A program made the translations under genes and the position numbers. This document shows positions 60,330-64,000 of a stretch of DNA of 64,000 nucleotides, in pieces. The first letter of the stretch is position 1. Every line of letters starts with the position of its first letter. Source of the DNA: Pseudomonadota bacterium. Lineage in GTDB: Bacteria; Pseudomonadota; Gammaproteobacteria; Burkholderiales; Burkholderiaceae_C. Under the pieces are notes generated by a model, which saw only the letters and a list, made by a program, of their open reading frames with translations, did no database searches and had not been told where the DNA came from. The stretch lies in contig JAIUOW010000005.1 of assembly GCA_020161775.1 (NCBI GenBank), positions 80,209 to 144,208 of the forward strand. The letters are read 5' to 3'.

Positions 60330-63300
60330 TCACGCAGCTTCGGCCATCGACACGGCCGACTCCATGTCCACCGCCACGATGCGCGACACGCCTTGCTCCT
60401 GCATGGTCACGCCGATCAACTGTTCTGCCATTTCCATGGCGATCTTGTTGTGGCTGATGAACAGGAACTGCGTTTCACGGCTCATGGCCGTCACCAGCTT
60501 GGCATAGCGCTCGGTGTTGGCGTCGTCCAGCGGCGCGTCCACCTCGTCCAGCAGGCAGAACGGCGCAGGGTTGAGCTGGAAGATTGCAAACACCAGCGCA
60601 ATGGCGGTCAGCGCCTTCTCGCCGCCAGACAGCAGGTGGATGGTCTGGTTTTTCTTGCCCGGCGGCTGGGCCATGACCTGAACGCCCGAATCGAGGATTT
60701 CCTCGCCCGTCATGACCAGCTTGGCCTGGCCACCGCCAAACAGCTCGGGGAACATCTTGCCGAAGTGCTCATTGACGGTGTTGAAGGTGCCGGCCAGCAG
60801 CTCGCGGGTTTCGCCGTCGATCTTGCGGATGGCGTCTTCCAGCGTGATCATGGCTTCGTTCAGGTCGGCCGATTGCGCGTCCAGGAACTGCTTGCGTTCG
60901 CGCGCCGTGCTCAATTCCTCCAGCGCGGCCAGGTTGACCGCGCCCAGCGCAGCAACTTCGCGGTGCAGCCGGTCAATCTCGCCTTGCAGGCCACCCAGGC
61001 GGACGTTGCCCTCCTGGATGGAGCGGGCCACCGCTTCGAGGTCGGCCTGGGCGTCGGCCATCAGCTGGGCGTATTGCTCCAGGCCCAGGCGCGCGGCCTG
61101 CTCTTTCAGCTGCATGTCGGTGATGCGCTGGCGCAGCGGGTCCAGTTCGCGTTCCAGCTGCAGGCGGCGTTCGTCACTGGCCCGCAGCTTGGTGGTCAGG
61201 TCGTCGTATTCGCTGCGCTTGGCGCCCAGGGCCTGCTCGCGTTCCAGTTTGACCGACAGCGCGCTTTGCAGACCGGCCTGCGCGGCGGCATCGGTCAGGC
61301 GGGCCAGTTCGTCCTGGGCCCGCTGCTCTTCGGTGACCAGCGACGCGGCCTGCTGGTCGGCCGTTTCAATCGCGCGGCTCAACTCACCGCGGCGCGCCTG
61401 CAGGCTGCGCTGGGCAAACTCCGCCTCCTGGGCCTGACGCTCCAGGCTGCGCTGCTGCTCACGGCATTCGGCCAGTTTGCGCTCGGCCTCGATCACACGC
61501 TCATCCAGCTGGGCGTGGCGCTCCTGGCTGTCGGCCAGCTGCATGTCCAGTTCCTCAAAGCGCGCCTCGGCCGTGACGCGGCGCTCCTGCAGCTCTTCCA
61601 GCTGGCCATCCACTTCGGCCAGGTCGGCGGCAATCTGCTCGCTGCGCGCGCGGGTCTGCTCGGCCAGTTGCGTCATGCGCAGGGTTTCCACCTGTAATTC
61701 ATGGGCGCGGCTTTGCGCCTCGGCCGCTTCGCGGCGGGCGGTGATCAGGCGCTGCGATGCGTCGGAATACGCCGCCTCCGCGCGCACCAGGGCCGAGCGG
61801 GCTTCTTCCGTGATCAGCGCCTGCGCCTTGAGCTGCTTGTCCAGGTTTTCGATTTCCTGGGCACGCGCCAGCAAGCCGGCCTGCTCGGAGTCCTGCGCGT
61901 AAAAGCTCACACTGTGGGCGGTGACGGCGTGGCCGCTCTGCACGTAAATCACTTCCCCGGCGCCCAGCCGGTCGCGCGCGGCCAGCGCCTCTTCAAAGCT
62001 GGGGGCGGTGTAGCAGCCGTGCAGCCAGCCGGCCAGCAGGGCCTTTTGCCCCGCATCATTCAGGCGCAGCAGGTCGGCCAGGCGCGGCAGCGCGCCCGTG
62101 GCTTCAGGCACGCTGGCCAGAGGCGGGCTGTAGAACGCCAGCTTGGCCGGCGGCGCGTCGGCCGCGAACGACCGCACCATCTCCAGCCGGCTGACCTCCA
62201 GCGAATTCATGCGCTCGCGCAGCGCGGCTTCCAGCGCGTTTTCCCAACCCTGTTCGATGTGGATGCGGCTCCACAGGCCCTGCAGCCCGTCCAGCCCGTG
62301 CCGGGCCAGCCAGGGCTTGAGCTTGCCGTCCGTGCGCACCTTCTCCTGCAATGCCTTGAGGGCCTCCATGCGGGCTGACAGGTCGGCCTGACGGCCACCC
62401 TGGGTGTTCACATCGGCCTGGCGGGTGCGGCGGTCTTCGTCCAGCACCGGCACCTGGTCCTGCAGCTCGTGCAGCCGCGCATCGGCCACCTCGGCGGCTT
62501 CCTGCGCCGTGGCCAGCTGGGTCTGCAGGTTGACCAGGCGGGCTTCGTCGGGGGCGTCCAGCGCGTTGCGGTCGGCGCTGAGCTTTTCGCGGCGCAGGCT
62601 GAGCTGGCGCGATTGCTCTTCAATATTGCGCTGGTCGGCCGCCAGCACCTGGATCTGCTGCTGCACTTGGCCCACGCTGGTGCGCTGCTCGGTGGCTCTG
62701 GCCTGGGCCTGGCGCAGGGCATCTTCCAGGTCGGGCAGGCGTTGTTGCTGCTCTTCCACCTGGGCGGCCAGGATGGCGGCCTTTTCCTCGGCCTCCAGGC
62801 CTTGGGCCTCCAGGGTTTCGGTTTCGGCCAGGGCATCGTCACGGCGCGTGGCCCACTGGGCAACCTGCTCTTTCAGCTGGACCAGGCGCTGCTCCGCCCG
62901 CTGTCGGCCTTCCACCACGAAGCGGATCTCGGCCTCCAGCCGGCCCACTTCGGCGCTGGCTTCGTACAGGAGGCCCTGGGCCTGGTTGACCTGGTCGCCC
63001 GCGGCGTAGTGCGCCTGGCGGATGGTTTCCAGGTCCGCCTCCACGCGGCGCAGGTCGGCCACGCGCGATTCAAGGTCGTTGACGGACTTTTCGGCCTCGG
63101 CCTTGATGCGGGCCTGGTCGGCCTCGCTCTCGCTGCGCTTGAGGAACCACAGCTGGTGCTGCTTCAGCGTCACGTCGGCCTGCAGGCCGTTGTAGCGCTG
63201 CGCCACCTCAGCCTGCTTTTCCAGCTTTTCCAGGTTGCTGTTGAGTTCACGCAGGATGTCTTCCACCCGCGTGAGGTTCTCGCGCGTGTCCGACAGGCGG

Positions 63301-63845
63301 TTTTCGGTCTCGCGGCGGCGCTCCTTGTATTTGGAGACGCCGGCCGCCTCTTCCAGGAACAGGCGCAGCTCCTCGGGCCTGGATTCAATGATGCGGCTGA
63401 TCGTGCCCTGGCCAATGATCGCGTAGGCGCGCGGGCCCAGGCCGGTGCCCAGGAACACGTCCTGCACGTCGCGGCGGCGCACAGGCTGGTTGTTGATGTA
63501 GTAGCTGCTGGTGCCGTCGCGCGTCAGCACGCGTTTGACGGCGATTTCGGCAAACTGGCTCCACTGGCCTCCGGCGCGGTGGTCGGCGTTGTCAAAAATC
63601 AGCTCCACGCTGGAGCGGCTGGCCGGCTTGCGGGTGGTCGTGCCGTTGAAGATCACGTCCTGCATGGATTCGCCGCGCAGCTCGGACGCCTTGGACTCGC
63701 CCAGCACCCAGCGCACCGCATCCATGATGTTGGACTTGCCGCAGCCGTTGGGTCCCACCACGCCGACCAGTTGGCCCGGCAACATGAAATTGGTGGGTTC
63801 GGCGAAGGACTTGAAGCCGGATAACTTGATCGAATTGAGGCGCAC
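60330..63845 (-). CDS. smc: chromosome segregation protein SMC
   Basis: MRLNSIKLSGFKSFAEPTNF...GPNGCGKSNIMDA (Walker A), long coiled coils, signature LSGGEKALTAIAL and Walker B CLLDEVDAPLD. Confidence 0.95.
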   Translation of the reverse strand: MRLNSIKLSGFKSFAEPTNFMLPGQLVGVVGPNGCGKSNIMDAVRWVLGESKASELRGESMQDVIFNGTTTRKPASRSSVELIFDNADHRAGGQWSQFAEIAVKRVLTRDGTSSYYINNQPVRRRDVQDVFLGTGLGPRAYAIIGQGTISRIIESRPEELRLFLEEAAGVSKYKERRRETENRLSDTRENLTRVEDILRELNSNLEKLEKQAEVAQRYNGLQADVTLKQHQLWFLKRSESEADQARIKAEAEKSVNDLESRVADLRRVEADLETIRQAHYAAGDQVNQAQGLLYEASAEVGRLEAEIRFVVEGRQRAEQRLVQLKEQVAQWATRRDDALAETETLEAQGLEAEEKAAILAAQVEEQQQRLPDLEDALRQAQARATEQRTSVGQVQQQIQVLAADQRNIEEQSRQLSLRREKLSADRNALDAPDEARLVNLQTQLATAQEAAEVADARLHELQDQVPVLDEDRRTRQADVNTQGGRQADLSARMEALKALQEKVRTDGKLKPWLARHGLDGLQGLWSRIHIEQGWENALEAALRERMNSLEVSRLEMVRSFAADAPPAKLAFYSPPLASVPEATGALPRLADLLRLNDAGQKALLAGWLHGCYTAPSFEEALAARDRLGAGEVIYVQSGHAVTAHSVSFYAQDSEQAGLLARAQEIENLDKQLKAQALITEEARSALVRAEAAYSDASQRLITARREAAEAQSRAHELQVETLRMTQLAEQTRARSEQIAADLAEVDGQLEELQERRVTAEARFEELDMQLADSQERHAQLDERVIEAERKLAECREQQRSLERQAQEAEFAQRSLQARRGELSRAIETADQQAASLVTEEQRAQDELARLTDAAAQAGLQSALSVKLEREQALGAKRSEYDDLTTKLRASDERRLQLERELDPLRQRITDMQLKEQAARLGLEQYAQLMADAQADLEAVARSIQEGNVRLGGLQGEIDRLHREVAALGAVNLAALEELSTARERKQFLDAQSADLNEAMITLEDAIRKIDGETRELLAGTFNTVNEHFGKMFPELFGGGQAKLVMTGEEILDSGVQVMAQPPGKKNQTIHLLSGGEKALTAIALVFAIFQLNPAPFCLLDEVDAPLDDANTERYAKLVTAMSRETQFLFISHNKIAMEMAEQLIGVTMQEQGVSRIVAVDMESAVSMAEAA

Positions 63846-64000
63846 GGCGAACTCGTTGGATTGGTTGGCGTTTCAGCCTGTTGGCCGCGGGCGCGAACGG
63901 CCCGGCAGACCGGTGATGTTACCCGAGGCCCCCTGTGTTCCGGCGCGCTATCCGGGCTACGCAGACAGCCCGCCCACAACGCAGGATAACCCCCGCATCC

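Overview
High-GC, densely coded chromosomal window that looks betaproteobacterial (Comamonadaceae-like; this is an inference from protein sequences, and no searches could be run). All family calls come from motif recognition in the supplied translations. Housekeeping genes fill most of the right half: selO-msrB-yciB-bolA-ppiC, a U32 peptidase, arginase, purL, map, glnD, def, yefM/yoeB, ligA, zipA and smc. Two accessory regions stand out. (1) 2.4-16.8 kb: a fatty-acid style cluster (FadB-like enzyme, livFGMH plus binding protein, acyl-CoA synthetase). It is bracketed in inverted orientation by two old paralogous modules, each pairing a LuxI/FeeM-like GNAT acyltransferase with a polytopic hybrid histidine kinase carrying REC and Hpt domains. 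The second module also has an extra REC-kinase gene. No output regulator is visible. The second GNAT is split by a frameshift exactly at an A8 tract (A_AAA_AAA), and a lux-box-like palindrome sits upstream of it. I read this as a candidate undescribed acyl-signal synthase/receptor phosphorelay. (2) 16.9-36.1 kb: an E. coli-order cdiB-cdiA-cdiI contact-dependent inhibition locus with a 5487-aa CdiA. The CdiA contains an in-register 582-bp super-repeat array, a four-cysteine patch, a Thr/Ala/Gly-rich low-complexity tract and a VENN-like VNNYL pretoxin motif. Its last ~134 aa are compositionally foreign and carry GS...DFD (Pol-beta nucleotidyltransferase-like) and GxxxxGKS motifs. A low-GC immunity candidate follows, then an orphan toxin remnant coupled to a zinc-ribbon ORF. 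No tRNA, rRNA, CRISPR array, transposase or integrase was recognised. The many long antisense ORFs are treated as high-GC artefacts.
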